Positions 20,323 through 30,585 of a stretch of DNA of 64,000 nt are shown here, piece by piece. Within the stretch, counting starts at the first letter, position 1, and each line of letters begins with the position of its first letter. The position numbers were made by a program, and so were the translations under genes. The notes beneath the pieces are model-generated. The model was not told the DNA's origin, did not search any database, and worked only from the letters and a program-made list of their open reading frames with translations. Source of the stretch: Opitutaceae bacterium (GTDB lineage: Bacteria > Verrucomicrobiota > Verrucomicrobiia > Opitutales > Coraliomargaritaceae); contig JBPOFY010000001.1 of the NCBI GenBank assembly GCA_051252375.1, positions 672,001-736,000 of the forward strand, given 5' to 3'.

Positions 20323-20978
20323 GGGCGGCGTTGTGCAATCATACGATAAGCCCCCATCAGAGTCTCCTGGATTTTCCATTGCCACTGGTCGGGTTCTAGC
20401 CCGAGCGCCAACGGCAGTTCATTTTGTCGGAAGCCTGCGTCGATGCTCACGCAGCCGTCGTGAAGGGTGACTTGATTGAACCCGATGAGTTTGCCTGCCA
20501 AGAGCTGTGCCTTATGGATCGTTCTTCGGCATGGCTCGCAGCAGAGAATTGTTTGAATATTGTGATCGTGAATGTGGCGGCCGATTTGTTCCAGTGCGGG
20601 TGCTTCGAAATGGTGGAGCACGAGGTTCGCAATTAAATGGGTCGCGATGGCGTAGTTATCCTCGTGAAGCAGATCTGCTTGCTTCCATTGCTCATCGTCG
20701 CCTTTAGGCCACTCAGAGGGGCACGGTGCGAGATCAAGTGCGGTATATTGCTTGGGGTGTAAGTGGTGGATGAGGTGTTTGGCGAGTGTGCCGTCACCGG
20801 CACCAATTTCTAAGTAGTGGGGGGCGGTTTCAGCGGAATTTACTTTCAGCTGTTTTATGAGCCAGCGGGTGTTACCCATGAGTTGATTGATCCGCTTTAG
20901 ATCACGCCGACTCGCCAAGGCGTCTGGATCAGACGCTGGCAGAGAATCAAGTATTTCAGGGCGGACCTTTCGTGGCAT
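20319..20978 (-). CDS. Class I SAM-dependent methyltransferase
   Basis: LEIGAGDG, LIANLVLHHF, VTLHDGCVSI. Confidence 0.85.
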   Translation of the reverse strand: MPRKVRPEILDSLPASDPDALASRRDLKRINQLMGNTRWLIKQLKVNSAETAPHYLEIGAGDGTLAKHLIHHLHPKQYTALDLAPCPSEWPKGDDEQWKQADLLHEDNYAIATHLIANLVLHHFEAPALEQIGRHIHDHNIQTILCCEPCRRTIHKAQLLAGKLIGFNQVTLHDGCVSIDAGFRQNELPLALGLEPDQWQWKIQETLMGAYRMIAQRRP

Positions 20979-21140
20979 TAGCAGACGCTAATTTAAAACG
21001 ATCTTAAGTCAATGGACGGAGGGCTTGTCGGGCATGGTCTCATGCTGCTGGTCAGGACTGTCGAATCTGCCACGCTGCGCGGCAGTAGAGGGTCGTGGCT
21101 AAATATTTTGGAAGCATGTGTCTCTTTTCTATGAAGGCAT

Positions 21141-21175
21141 AAAAAAAGCCCGCTGATTCGAAAATCAACGGGCTT
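21141..21175 (-). terminator. Terminator after tRNA-Asp
   Basis: A7-GCCCGCTGATT...AATCAACGGGC hairpin. Confidence 0.75.
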
Positions 21176-21178
21176 AAA

Positions 21179-21255
21179 TGGCGGGATAGACGAGACTTGA
21201 ACTCGCGGCCTCCTGCGTGACAGGCAGGCGCTCTAACCAACTGAGCTACTACCCC
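21179..21255 (-). tRNA. tRNA-Asp(GTC)
   Basis: Reverse complement GGGGTAGTAGCTCAGTTGGTTAGAGCGCCTGCCTGTCACGCAGGAGGCCGCGAGTTCAAGTCTCGTCTATCCCGCCA: cloverleaf, GTC anticodon, encoded CCA. Confidence 0.97.
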
Positions 21256-21351
21256 TAAAAGTTAGAAGACGCAGACAGTAGAAACAGAAGAATTGAAGTC
21301 AAGCGGAGTTTTTCACTTTTTTTGTTTCTTTTGAATGCGTTGGAAGTCGGG

Positions 21352-21801
21352 TCATTCAACCTTTTCCATTGGGATCTTATTCGGCACTGGGACAGCTAGC
21401 ACGGGAGCCTTCGTTTTGATCCAGATGTTCTGCTCTTTAAGCAGTTTTGCAGTCACTACTTCACAGGCTTCACCGATGGTCTCTACGGGCATCCGGCGAC
21501 CTTTGGGAGTGGTATTAAACTCATAGGCGGCACTGATGATCTTGCTTGGCGCGATCGAAACACTGTCGTCTTCAGGAATTTGCACAACCCAGCCGACGAT
21601 ATCTTTTTCGGCGAGCGATCCGTCGGCGTCAGACAAAATAATCGAAAATTGTTTTTTGATGGGAGGTGGGCGATTCAGCTTTTCTTCCTCCTCGGCTTTG
21701 AGTTCCATTTCAATCTCCTGCATGACTGCATTGATCTTACGGATGTCGGGCTCGTTGCGTTGAAGAATAAATTTAAGGGTTTCGATGTCGATTTTTGGCA
21801 T
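21352..21801 (-). CDS. Hypothetical protein
   Basis: 149 aa ORF with protein-like composition filling the gap; no family recognised. Confidence 0.75.
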   Translation of the reverse strand: MPKIDIETLKFILQRNEPDIRKINAVMQEIEMELKAEEEEKLNRPPPIKKQFSIILSDADGSLAEKDIVGWVVQIPEDDSVSIAPSKIISAAYEFNTTPKGRRMPVETIGEACEVVTAKLLKEQNIWIKTKAPVLAVPVPNKIPMEKVE

Positions 21802-21810
21802 GAGTAATTA

Positions 21811-21850
21811 GGAAGTTGGGAAGTTGGGAAGTTGGGAAGTTGGGAAGTTT
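21811..21850. repeat. Tandem octamer (GGAAGTTG)x4 plus one imperfect copy
   Basis: Direct reading of the sequence. Confidence 0.95.
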
Positions 21851-21880
21851 GCTTGGTTTCGGAGATGGAAGTCAACTCAA

Positions 21881-24800
21881 CTACTTTTGATAGACAACTT
21901 TGACGCCGTCGAGCGCAGTGCCGAATGTATCCATCGATTCGATAAATGTATAGTCTGGGCTCGCGCCCCAATTCCAAGTTTTACCCAGGATGTAATGACG
22001 TATCGGTAGCGGTGGTTCGGTGTTTGGGATTTTGACTGTGTCGGAGACGGTGGTAATGACCTGTGCGGCAGTTTTTGCCTCGTTTTTAAGGCTGGAGATG
22101 ACGACGAGGCTTTCACCGGTATTATAAATTTGATCGATAGTGATGGCCCAGCCCGCGTCGGGTGTATCGAGTCGAACGCTGATGGTTTGCTTATTGGTCA
22201 CTGGTGCCGGAGTGGCATCGCTTGGTTCATTGAGTGAACCTGCTGCGACGCGAACAGCTTTCGCGGGGTCTAAGTATTTCCGGATAGCATTGTTCACCTG
22301 ATCTGTGTTGATGGTCTGTAAGCGTTTTGGATATTCATCTATATATTCTGGAGCAAAGCCACGTTGAACGAAGCTGTGCACTTGGCCCGCGACGCTGCCG
22401 GTGGTTGATAATGCAACCAGATAGGAGCCAGTTAAGGTTTCAATGGCGGCTTCGACTTCTGCTTTGCTGGTTCCATTGTCATACCAGTCTTGCACCACGG
22501 CGTCGGTCGCCGCGAGTCCCTGCGTTAGGAGTGCTGGGGCGAAGCTGGCGCCCAACAACCAGTTGCCTGAGGTTAGAATGTCGCCGTCGTGACTTGAGCG
22601 GATGCTATAGGTCAGCCCTTGTTTCTTGCGGACTTCTTGCATGAGCCGAGATTGGAAACTGCCGCCGAGGATGTAGTTGCCGATCATGAAGGGGATGTAG
22701 TCCTCGTCTGTGCGTTGGAGACCAGTATTGTAGCCATAGCGGATGGATACACTGGTTTTGTCGGCGATATAGATACGTTCGGAGCGTTGGCTGTTTTTAA
22801 GCGGATCGGGCACCTCGGTTGGGTAATCGACGCCTCCGCTCCAGCCTTCGAACGCGAGTTCGACTGCGGCGGTGAGTTGCTCGAAATCGATGTCGCCGGC
22901 AAAGACCAAAGTCATCGATTTGGGACCGTAGTGAGCGCGGTGAAATTCAGCGATCGCCTCAATGGTGGTCGCTTTGACGTTCTCGACGAGGGGCTCAATC
23001 GGAGTGGTGTAATTGGGGTGCCCTTCGGGGTAGAGTAGGCGGCTGGTTTCGGCACTGGCACGGTAGTCAGGGTCATCAAGGGCTTGCAGAAGACCTGCGA
23101 CTTGTCGGCTCTTAAGCGTTTCTAGCACTTCTGCTTCAAACGCTGGGTAGCGTAGCTGTTCGGCTAGCATTTCCATGACTGCTCCGGCATCTTGGCGCAG
23201 GAAGCGCCCGGAGAAACCGAGGTCGTGTGCTCCGGCCGCAAAGCCTAGGTCTGCGCCGAGTGTGTCGAGGCGCTCAGCGATGGCAAAGCGGTCATTTTTG
23301 GTCGTGCCTTTGTCAAGCATTGCGGCGGTGAGACCTGCCAGCACGGGTGCATCTAGCGGACTGAGGTTTTCGCCAGCTGCAAGACTGCCGACAAAAGAAA
23401 CGACTTCTTCAATAGGCATATCGATTGCAATGACATTGATGCCGGCAACTTCAGCGCTGTGCATGGCACTTGAAAAGTCGATGGTGATACCGCTACTATC
23501 AACTACTGTGTCTGCGGCGACTTCTTCATTCAGCGCAGTCGTTCCATATACCTCGGGGTCACGATAATAGTTCGTGCCGTAGTTGTGGCTCGTTGAGAGT
23601 GCTGCGGTTTGGGTTTGCTTGGGAACAAACCACCCGCTGGTGCTGTTTTTAGAGATGAAGTATTTTGCGGCCACTTGTTGAATCTCTTCGGCGGTGACGG
23701 ATTGAATCGCTTGTGGTAGCGTGATGTAGTGAGTCCAATCACCCATCGCGATGGCGTCGTTGATTTGGCTCGCGATCGCGTAGGAGCCGTCGCGACCGTA
23801 TACTGTGCTGGCTTTGATGACCGATTTCGCGCGGGCAAGTTCATCTTCGGTCACGCCACCTTTGACCAATTTATGAATTTCTTCGAGGACGATGGCTTCA
23901 GTCTCTTCATGTGTTGCATCTGGTGTGAGATACGCAGCAAACATGAATAAGCCGGGGTCGCGTAATTGAGGGGCATAGGCAAATGTGGCGCTGGCTTTAC
24001 CTTTGTCTTCGAGGGCGCGGTAGAGACGGCCTGTTTTATCTGCCCCTAGAATTTGTTGGAGAATGCTCAGTGCTGCCCAGTCTGTGTGGACGCCTTCAGG
24101 CACTTTGTAAGCGGTCATGACCACTCCGACTTGTCCGGTGCGCTCAATGGTGAGGCGTCGAGGACCGAGCTGTTCAGGCTCAACGGTATCTATTGTTGGA
24201 ATCGGGTTGTGCGCTTTTGGGATGGCCCCGTATTGCTTCGCAATGGTGTCGAGTGTGGCTGTCTTGTCAAAACCACCAATGATTGTGACGACGGCATTCT
24301 CCGGCCAGTAGTAGATATTGTAAAAGTTGCGCAGCTTTTCAGGTGAGGTGCTTTCGATGTCAGATCGCCAGCCGATTACCGGGTGCTGGTAGGGATGTGC
24401 GATGAAGGCGGTGCCGAAAATTTCTTTAAAAAGTGTGCTGACAGGGCTGTTTTCACCGCGTTCGTATTCGTTGCGGACGACGGTCATTTCTGAGTCGAGG
24501 TCTTCCTGTGTGATGCGAAGATTGCGCATGCGATCGGCTTCAAGCTCGATGGTGAGCGGCACATACTCGCTTGGCATGGTAGCGAAATAATTGGTGCGAT
24601 CAAACGAGGTGGTCGCGTTGGAACGTGCGCCGACGCGTTCCATGAGGCTGGAATAGTCATTGCCCTCGGCGCTGTTAAAGCGCTCGGTGCCCTTGAACAT
24701 CATGTGCTCGAGGATATGTGTGGCGCCGGTGGTGCCGGTTACTTCGTTACGAGCGCCTACTTTGTAAGTCACCATCACAGTCGCGACTGGTTGACCCTCG

Positions 24801-24955
24801 TTGGGGAGCAGGAGGATCGTCAAGCCATTCTCTGTCAGGCGATATTCTTCGATGTCGCCGACAGTTTGGACATGTTCGATACCTTCAGGTAATTTTTCGG
24901 AGGCGACCGCAGCAGCAGTCAGACAGGTAAAGAGGAGAGTATAAAAAAGCTTCAT
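21881..24955 (-). CDS. M16 family zinc peptidase (double-length) with an extra C-terminal domain
   Basis: Signal peptide, inverted zincin motif HILEHMMFKGT, NATTSFDRTNY, second-half SRLMQEVRKKQGLTY. Confidence 0.92.
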   Translation of the reverse strand: MKLFYTLLFTCLTAAAVASEKLPEGIEHVQTVGDIEEYRLTENGLTILLLPNEGQPVATVMVTYKVGARNEVTGTTGATHILEHMMFKGTERFNSAEGNDYSSLMERVGARSNATTSFDRTNYFATMPSEYVPLTIELEADRMRNLRITQEDLDSEMTVVRNEYERGENSPVSTLFKEIFGTAFIAHPYQHPVIGWRSDIESTSPEKLRNFYNIYYWPENAVVTIIGGFDKTATLDTIAKQYGAIPKAHNPIPTIDTVEPEQLGPRRLTIERTGQVGVVMTAYKVPEGVHTDWAALSILQQILGADKTGRLYRALEDKGKASATFAYAPQLRDPGLFMFAAYLTPDATHEETEAIVLEEIHKLVKGGVTEDELARAKSVIKASTVYGRDGSYAIASQINDAIAMGDWTHYITLPQAIQSVTAEEIQQVAAKYFISKNSTSGWFVPKQTQTAALSTSHNYGTNYYRDPEVYGTTALNEEVAADTVVDSSGITIDFSSAMHSAEVAGINVIAIDMPIEEVVSFVGSLAAGENLSPLDAPVLAGLTAAMLDKGTTKNDRFAIAERLDTLGADLGFAAGAHDLGFSGRFLRQDAGAVMEMLAEQLRYPAFEAEVLETLKSRQVAGLLQALDDPDYRASAETSRLLYPEGHPNYTTPIEPLVENVKATTIEAIAEFHRAHYGPKSMTLVFAGDIDFEQLTAAVELAFEGWSGGVDYPTEVPDPLKNSQRSERIYIADKTSVSIRYGYNTGLQRTDEDYIPFMIGNYILGGSFQSRLMQEVRKKQGLTYSIRSSHDGDILTSGNWLLGASFAPALLTQGLAATDAVVQDWYDNGTSKAEVEAAIETLTGSYLVALSTTGSVAGQVHSFVQRGFAPEYIDEYPKRLQTINTDQVNNAIRKYLDPAKAVRVAAGSLNEPSDATPAPVTNKQTISVRLDTPDAGWAITIDQIYNTGESLVVISSLKNEAKTAAQVITTVSDTVKIPNTEPPLPIRHYILGKTWNWGASPDYTFIESMDTFGTALDGVKVVYQK

Positions 24956-25095
24956 AATTAGATCCACATTGGTCAGTGGTGGCATAGTAAAAGTTCCTTG
25001 CCCTTGGACTGCAAGCGCGAGGGGCTAGTTAATTGCTTGAATATTCAATGCGTTTGAGAGTTGCGCGCACTTGAGTTATGCTTAGCGGTGTGAGT

Positions 25096-25467
25096 ATGGA
25101 AACGGCAATAGATATCCCTGAAGGTGTGCGATTGGGCAATGAGAAGCTCATTCTCGTAACCGAACCTGCGGGTGTAAAACTCAAGTCCCTGATCGAGCGC
25201 GAGCAGAAGGGCGAGTATTTGCGGGTAAAAATCACGGGTGGCGGATGTAACGGCTTGAGCTACAAAATGAAGTTCGTCGCTGACGCCAAGCGCGGGGATA
25301 TCCTCGTTCGTTCCTCCGAAGCGCAGGTGTTGGTCGATACCAAGAGTGCACTATACCTCAAAGGCACGCACCTAGATTATTCCGATAAAATGGTCGGCGG
25401 TGGGTTTAAGTTCAGCAATCCCAATGCCAAGGCCAGCTGCAGTTGCGGCGAGAGCTTTAGTATTTAG
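25096..25467 (+). CDS. iscA: Iron-sulfur cluster assembly accessory protein (HesB/IscA family)
   Basis: GGGCNGLSY and NPNAKASCSCGESF. Confidence 0.9.
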   Translation: METAIDIPEGVRLGNEKLILVTEPAGVKLKSLIEREQKGEYLRVKITGGGCNGLSYKMKFVADAKRGDILVRSSEAQVLVDTKSALYLKGTHLDYSDKMVGGGFKFSNPNAKASCSCGESFSI

Positions 25468-25476
25468 CCCATTCAT

Positions 25477-25507
25477 AAAAAAGGCCGACGCACTGCGTCG
25501 GCCTTTT
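25477..25507. terminator. Bidirectional terminator
   Basis: AAAAAAGGCCGACGCA-C-TGCGTCGGCCTTTT between convergent iscA and serC. Confidence 0.9.
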
Positions 25508-25527
25508 GGGTATAAATTGTTGGTCGC

Positions 25528-26673
25528 TTAGCCTTGAATCTCAGCAAAGGCCCAATCGAGCCATGGGATGAGGGCTTCGATGTCGGCGGTGTCCACTGTG
25601 GCACCGCCCCAGATCCGGAGGCCGGCGGGAGCGTCGCGGTAGCTGCCGAAGTCGTAGCCGACGCCTTCCTTGTCGAGCATGGAGACGAGTTGCTTGGCTT
25701 TGGTGGCTTGTTCCTCTGCAGGTAAGGCTTGATACCAGTCTGCGGTGATCTTGAGACAGATCGAAGTGTTGGAGATCGTGGCGGGGTCTTCGGCTAGAAA
25801 ATCAATCCAGTCCGTTTTGGCGACCCAGTCAGCGATGGCCTTGAGGTTCGCCTCAGAGCGTTCGATGAGTGCGGGGAGCCCACCGATGCTTTCAGCCCAG
25901 CGGAGGCCGTCGCACGCGTCCTCGACGCAGAGCATGGAGACTGTGTTGATCGTAGCACCCGTAAAGATGTCGGCGATCAGCTTGCCACCCTTAGTCATGC
26001 GGAAAATTTTCGGCAGTGGCCAAGCGGGCGTGTAAGATTCGAGGCGTTCAATTGCGCGTGGGCTGAGCACGATCATGCCGTGTGCGCCTTCGCCACCCAT
26101 TACTTTTTGCCAAGACCATGTGACGACATCGAGCTTAGTGAAGTCGATATCCATGGCGAACACGGCGGAAGTAGCATCACAAATAGTGAGACCTTCGCGG
26201 TCGGCGGGGATCCAGTCTAGATTCGGAACTTTCACTCCAGATGTAGTGCCGTTGTAAGTGAAAACGACGTCGTTGCTGAAATTGACTTTGGAAAAATCAG
26301 GGAGCAGGCCGTAGTCGGCTTCATGCTTGGTGACGTTGTCGAGCTTGAGCTGTTTGATTACGTCGGTGACCCAACCGGAACCAAAAGATTCCCATGCGCA
26401 CATTTCGACACCGCGAGCGCCGAGTAGCGACCATAGGGCCATTTCAACCGCGCCAGTGTCAGATGCAGGGACGATCCCGCAGACATAACCTTCGGGCAGG
26501 CCGAGGATGGAGGCGGATTTATCGATGACTTCTTCGATGCGCGCTTTGGCTGGCTTTGCGCGGTGGGAGCGGCCTACTAGTCCTTCGCTGAGCGCATCAA
26601 GCGTCCAACCGGGGCGCTTGCTGCAAGGGCCGGATGAGAAGTAAGGGCGATTTGGTTTTACTGTCGGTTTCAT
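25528..26673 (-). CDS. serC: Phosphoserine aminotransferase (Methanosarcina/alphaproteobacterial type)
   Basis: [48 protein letters not shown]. Confidence 0.93.
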   Translation of the reverse strand: MKPTVKPNRPYFSSGPCSKRPGWTLDALSEGLVGRSHRAKPAKARIEEVIDKSASILGLPEGYVCGIVPASDTGAVEMALWSLLGARGVEMCAWESFGSGWVTDVIKQLKLDNVTKHEADYGLLPDFSKVNFSNDVVFTYNGTTSGVKVPNLDWIPADREGLTICDATSAVFAMDIDFTKLDVVTWSWQKVMGGEGAHGMIVLSPRAIERLESYTPAWPLPKIFRMTKGGKLIADIFTGATINTVSMLCVEDACDGLRWAESIGGLPALIERSEANLKAIADWVAKTDWIDFLAEDPATISNTSICLKITADWYQALPAEEQATKAKQLVSMLDKEGVGYDFGSYRDAPAGLRIWGGATVDTADIEALIPWLDWAFAEIQG

Positions 26674-26680
26674 GGTTGAA

Positions 26681-26715
26681 AGGAGTGAGAAGTTAGGAGT
26701 GCGCAGTTAGAAGTC
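26681..26715. repeat. Degenerate heptamer tandem repeat
   Basis: AGGAGTG AGAAGTT AGGAGTG CGCAGTT AGAAGTC. Confidence 0.6.
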
Positions 26716-26727
26716 GAGTGCGAGTTT

Positions 26728-27714
26728 CTAGTTCTTCTGAGTTTTGAAAAATCCGGAGCTGTTGCTCGGCGCTGAGATAACAGTGGTGTATACTGGATTA
26801 CCGATGAATGGGGTGACTGTGGTCAATTGGTCAACTTGTGGCCCAGAGAGAACTTCATAAGGGGCGCTGGGGTCGGCGATCCAAGTTTGGCGGAAGGAAC
26901 CGTTTGGGTTGATGGACCAGGAGATGACTTCGATCGGAGCATTTTCGTCGACGAGTGCTTGAGCACTGGCGCTGACGAGATAGTGGCTACGGCTAGTCGG
27001 GTGGATGTCGTCCCAGAAAACATAGTCGTCGGGTGTCCCGCTTGATTGTGCATTTTGTGCCTCGGTGGTATTGCTGAACCCGAAGTCGCTCGCGTAATCG
27101 AGCATGTGGTCAAAGAGTGAGAAAATGTCTAATTGGTGGATCGTGACCGAAAGATTGGTGGATCGTATGTTAAGCTCGGCAGCAAGCGCGGTATTGAAAG
27201 CGATGGTGCCGGCGCGGCGTGCTGTCATCAGTGGAGTGTCGCCCAGCGACTCGGGTATGGCACCGAGGTCAGGTAGATTCGGGACGATGAAATGATCCAC
27301 TCCAAGGGCGGCGAGCTGGGAGATGATATCGCCGATCTCACTGGCGAGTGTAGTCATGTTTTGGTTTGGATCGTCCCGTAGGTCGTTGCCGCCGATCCAG
27401 AGCGTGCAGAGGTCGCCAGTTTGCCAAGTGTAACGGTTGGAGTAGCGATCGACTTGGTCTTGAAGGTTCTCGACCCGGTTTGTTGCAACAGCGAGATTGA
27501 GTCCACTTGAACCCAAGAGCCCTGATGTCGTAGCCCGAGTAAAGCCCAGTCGGTCTGCGAGGTTTTCATGCCAAAATTCTCCGCCGGAGTCGATCTGTCG
27601 GGCGCCAAACCAGTAACCGCCATCGGAGAGACTATCGCCGAAGACAACCATCCGTGCAGCTGAAAGCTGACCGCCCAGTGAGACGATACATAATATGAGC
27701 CCCCAGTATTTCAT
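26728..27714 (-). CDS. Exported SGNH/GDSL hydrolase
   Basis: Signal peptide, FGDSLSD, WIGGND, FWDDIHPT. Confidence 0.9.
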   Translation of the reverse strand: MKYWGLILCIVSLGGQLSAARMVVFGDSLSDGGYWFGARQIDSGGEFWHENLADRLGFTRATTSGLLGSSGLNLAVATNRVENLQDQVDRYSNRYTWQTGDLCTLWIGGNDLRDDPNQNMTTLASEIGDIISQLAALGVDHFIVPNLPDLGAIPESLGDTPLMTARRAGTIAFNTALAAELNIRSTNLSVTIHQLDIFSLFDHMLDYASDFGFSNTTEAQNAQSSGTPDDYVFWDDIHPTSRSHYLVSASAQALVDENAPIEVISWSINPNGSFRQTWIADPSAPYEVLSGPQVDQLTTVTPFIGNPVYTTVISAPSNSSGFFKTQKN

Positions 27715-27751
27715 GGGGATGTCTTTACGGAAACTTCGCCGTGAAGGCGAG

Positions 27752-30310
27752 TTATTCTGTTTCGGTCTTTTTTGCGGCAACCTTCTTGGCGGCTTTCTTC
27801 GCGGGACGTGGAGCGAACTCGAAGCCGATCTTACCCTTTTCAAAGTCGAGGGTAAGGTGGGCTTTGAAGGGGCGCTTAGTGCGTTTGGAAATGAAGCCGT
27901 CGAGCAGAGGTGTCTTGCCCTCGGTAAAGATCTTCTCGACGTCAGCAGCTTGGAGCTCCTTTTGCAGGATGGTCTTACCGAGACGGAAGCCGTCGGGTGA
28001 GTCCTTTGTTTTGAAATCGGGCACGTGGTATGCCTTGTCGGTTTCGTAGAACTTGGCTTCGAGACCGTTCTTCAAAGTAATGACCTTGAGGAGTTGGTCG
28101 TCGGTCAGTTCCTCTGCCGAATCGAGGTCGTCATCGAAAACAAAGTTGGTCTTCCACTTGCCGATTTTGCCGGTCTTGGTGACGTTTTGTATGAGTTCCA
28201 GTCCTGCAGAGAAAGGCTTGTTGAAGCGAGACATGAAGCCTTCGCGCTCATCGAGTTTCTTCGTGGTGAAAAGTTCAACGGCTTCTTCTTCCGATAGCTT
28301 GCGTCCGGCAATGTGCTTGGAGACTCGGAAGTCGCATTCCTCCTCGCGGCACTCGTAAGTAGCATCGGTTTGTTTAAGCCGCGCCGCGCCGCAGGCAGGG
28401 CACGCGCATTCCAAATCAGGGAACGTGCGGTTGACGAGCATCTCCATGTGCCCACGGGCTTTGGTGACGACGTCTTCAGTGAAGGTCGCAATTTCCTGCA
28501 TGAATTCATCACGCTTGATTTCGCCGCGCTCCATTTTGTTGAGCTTAGCTTCCCAGTCGCCAGTCATGGATGGTGAGCTGAGCGCTTCGATTTTCATTTC
28601 TTCGCAAAGTTCGATCAGGCGCAGGCCTTTTCCGGTGACATTAAGATCGCGGCCTTCACGGGCGATGTATCTTTGGCGAAGTAGGCCTTCGATGGTCGCG
28701 GCGCGGGTAGCGGGTGTGCCCAGTCCGCGTTCGGACATCGCTTCGCGGAGCTCATCGTCCTCGATCAGTTTGCCAGCGCCTTCCATTGCGGCGAGTAGGG
28801 TGGACTCTGTGTAGCGAGCGGGTGGCTTGGTCTCTTTGTCGAGCACGTCGATGGCTTCAGTCTTGGCATCTTCACCTTGCGTGATGCCAACGAGCTCGTC
28901 CTTTTCAGCGGCAACACCAGCGACGCGACCGTAAACCGCGAGGTAGCCGGGCTCAGTCAGTGTTTTACCATTGGTAACGAAGACGTCCTTCTCGCTGCCG
29001 TGGTTGATCGTGGTGAGGCGCTTGGTGACTTCAAATTCCGCATGCGGGAAGAAGACGGCAATGAAGCGCTTCACGATCATGTTATAAAGTTTTGATTCTT
29101 GCTCGTTGAGCTTTACGACACGACCGGTCGGGATGATGGCAAAGTGATCGGAAACCTTGGCGTTGTTGAAGACGCGCTTGGTGAATTGCACGCGGTCGTT
29201 TTCGATTGAGTCGGCAGCCCATTTGGCGACTTCGTGTCCGGAGCTGGCGAGATCGCGGAGAGTTTCGTAAACCTTGCCCATATAATCCTCAGGGAGGTAA
29301 CGAGAGTCAGTTCTCGGGTAGGTCACCATCTTATGGCGCTCGTAAAGTGCCTGAGTCAGCCCGAGGGTGTTCTTTGCAGTGAAAGGAGCTTCGCGTTGCA
29401 GTGTGGTCAGGTCGTAGAGCTGTGGAGCGATTTGTTTGGTTGGCTTGGCCTCTTCGGTCACGGTGCCGGTTTTACCGACGCAGCGTTGATGGATGGTCTC
29501 GGCTGTTGTCTTATCCCAGATGCGCTCAGCGCGACCGTGCGGTTGCTCGGGATTCTTTTTGAAGTCTGTTGCGATCCATTTGCCGGGGTATTCGCCTTTG
29601 GCGACGGCAAACTCGGCGTGCACCTCCCAGTAGTCTTCGGATTTGAAGGCTTTGATTTCGCGTTCGCGTTTAGCGAGGATGGCGAGGGTGGGGGTTTGCA
29701 CACGACCTGCTGCTGTGATGTTGAACCCACCGTGGCGTGAGCGGAAGCAAGTGAGTGCGCGGGTGGAGTTGAGGCCGACAAGCCAGTCGGATTCGGAGCG
29801 GCACTTGGCGGCATCGGCGAGGTTTTGCATCTGCTCGCCTTCGCGGAGTTTCTCCCACGCTTCTTGGATGGCGCCGGTGGTCATCGATTGCATCCAGAGG
29901 CGTTTGACAGGCTTCTTGATACTGCCGATGTCCATTATATATTGGAAAATTAGTTCACCTTCGCGGCCGGCGTCACATGCGTTGATGATGAGGTCGAACT
30001 CTTTCTTTTTCGCTAGGCTGAGGACGTGCTTGAGGCGATTGTGAGTCTGCTCGATGGGCTGCAGTTCGAATTTCTCCGGGATAGCTGGAAGCACTTTAAA
30101 GTTCCAGGGCAGGTTTTTACCGTTGGGGCCAGTGGGCATTTTCAGCTCAACTAGGTGCCCTACAGCAGAAGTGATCGCGGCATTTTCGTTTTCGAAATAC
30201 TGTGCGTCGCGAGATTTGCCCTTCTTTTCGAACTTACCCAATGTTTTAGCGAGCGCTTTGGATAGGTCCGTTGCGACGGAAGGTTTTTCGGCGATGATCA
30301 AATATTTCAT
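27752..30310 (-). CDS. topB: DNA topoisomerase III (type IA)
   Basis: [45 protein letters not shown]-terminal repeats. Confidence 0.92.
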   Translation of the reverse strand: MKYLIIAEKPSVATDLSKALAKTLGKFEKKGKSRDAQYFENENAAITSAVGHLVELKMPTGPNGKNLPWNFKVLPAIPEKFELQPIEQTHNRLKHVLSLAKKKEFDLIINACDAGREGELIFQYIMDIGSIKKPVKRLWMQSMTTGAIQEAWEKLREGEQMQNLADAAKCRSESDWLVGLNSTRALTCFRSRHGGFNITAAGRVQTPTLAILAKREREIKAFKSEDYWEVHAEFAVAKGEYPGKWIATDFKKNPEQPHGRAERIWDKTTAETIHQRCVGKTGTVTEEAKPTKQIAPQLYDLTTLQREAPFTAKNTLGLTQALYERHKMVTYPRTDSRYLPEDYMGKVYETLRDLASSGHEVAKWAADSIENDRVQFTKRVFNNAKVSDHFAIIPTGRVVKLNEQESKLYNMIVKRFIAVFFPHAEFEVTKRLTTINHGSEKDVFVTNGKTLTEPGYLAVYGRVAGVAAEKDELVGITQGEDAKTEAIDVLDKETKPPARYTESTLLAAMEGAGKLIEDDELREAMSERGLGTPATRAATIEGLLRQRYIAREGRDLNVTGKGLRLIELCEEMKIEALSSPSMTGDWEAKLNKMERGEIKRDEFMQEIATFTEDVVTKARGHMEMLVNRTFPDLECACPACGAARLKQTDATYECREEECDFRVSKHIAGRKLSEEEAVELFTTKKLDEREGFMSRFNKPFSAGLELIQNVTKTGKIGKWKTNFVFDDDLDSAEELTDDQLLKVITLKNGLEAKFYETDKAYHVPDFKTKDSPDGFRLGKTILQKELQAADVEKIFTEGKTPLLDGFISKRTKRPFKAHLTLDFEKGKIGFEFAPRPAKKAAKKVAAKKTETE

Positions 30311-30585
30311 ATATATAATAGAGGGCGATCTGGAAAGTGCTGAGCCTTCGTGGATTACGAAGGCTCTGTAAAAGTGCTATTGAATTGGGGGATTTAGAAC
30401 GATGCTCGGTGCTGTTTGAGTGTAAAATGGTTGCTGCGTTTCATCGTTTAAGTGGATTGCTTTGATCTTGGCATTCGGAGTCTGCTTGTTTTCCGTAAAA
30501 AGAGGCGATTAATTCCAGCGTCAATCCTCTTTCTGGTTTTTGAGAATCGTTTTACTTCCGCTAGGCCCTTATTTCTTCCACAATT

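Noticed and set aside
18268..21255. PKS cluster as a genomic island integrated at tRNA-Asp
   Set aside because: No integrase, no duplicated tRNA 3' end that I could find, and no obvious compositional shift.
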